Notes under the pieces: generated by a model | The model's input: only the letters and a program-made list of their open reading frames with translations | Told to the model about the DNA's origin: nothing | Databases searched by the model: none | Program-made: the position numbers and the translations under genes | Shown: in pieces, positions 23,933 through 24,000 of the stretch | Layout: each line of letters opens with the position of its first letter | Numbering within the stretch: the first letter of the stretch is position 1 | Assembly (NCBI RefSeq): GCF_030649675.1 | Contig: NZ_JAUTDR010000012.1 | Coordinates: 140,041-164,040 of the forward strand | From: Haliea sp. E1-2-M8 | GTDB lineage: Bacteria; Pseudomonadota; Gammaproteobacteria; Pseudomonadales; Halieaceae | DNA length: 24,000 bases | Direction: 5' to 3'

Positions 23933-24000
23933 ATCCCTGCGACCAGCAAGACGCGCCCCGCAGCGAGCTAGATTCAACGATCAGCCTGCGACCCGAACAC
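23929..24000 (+). CDS. Start of an unidentified island gene (3'-partial, runs off the window)
   Basis: The ATG at 23929 overlaps the upstream TGA (ATGA). The frame stays open to the window end (MNPCDQQDAPRSELDSTISLRPEH). It is too short to classify. Confidence 0.35.
   Translation, partial: MNPCDQQDAPRSELDSTISLRPEH

Overview
This is a GC-rich proteobacterial chromosome segment, probably gammaproteobacterial, with a mosaic structure.

(1) 1-8517: a very GC-rich surface-polysaccharide cluster made of two convergent operons.
- The plus-strand operon encodes a partial membrane protein, a polytopic membrane protein, an initiating polyprenyl-phosphate sugar-phosphate transferase, a PAPS-type sulfotransferase and a WecB/TagA/CpsF glycosyltransferase.
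- The minus-strand operon encodes UDP-glucuronate decarboxylase (UDP-xylose synthase), a Wzx-like flippase and a GT2 glycosyltransferase.

(2) 8610-10287: a visibly lower-GC three-gene islet on the minus strand. It encodes a small wHTH protein, a SatD-family protein with GGDEF/cyclase-like acidic motifs plus a C-terminal HTH, and a DUF3307-like membrane protein. A threefold TCAACC-N5-GGTTnA palindrome sits at the satD start. I rate this the best candidate for an uncharacterised system.

(3) 10286-12333: a decayed efflux locus containing a truncated RND adaptor remnant and a TetR regulator. It has been colonised by a REP-associated tyrosine transposase (RAYT) and six copies of a GGGACCTGACCCTTTA repeat. 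Four of the copies form two hairpin doublets that flank the RAYT gene.

(4) 12337-16038: core-like genes. These are ampG, a translationally coupled three-gene membrane operon (ElaB-like anchor protein, Holin-X-like protein, DUF3618 protein) and a CGHC thioredoxin-fold protein.

(5) 16040-21516: a lower-GC block. It holds a transmembrane Hanks-type Ser/Thr kinase convergent with a beta-barrel OMP, an apparent mntA'-'hepT deletion fusion, and a frameshifted IS481-family element.

(6) 21517-24000: the 3' half of a tRNA-Arg(UCU)-like gene, interpreted as an att core. It is followed by IHF-consensus matches, direct repeats, a P4-type tyrosine integrase, a translationally coupled AT-hook-tailed unknown protein, an AlpA-type excisionase-like gene, and the start of another gene. 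This is the edge of an integrative island that continues beyond the window.

No rRNA or CRISPR was seen. Many long alternative-frame ORFs in the GC-rich parts are artefacts.
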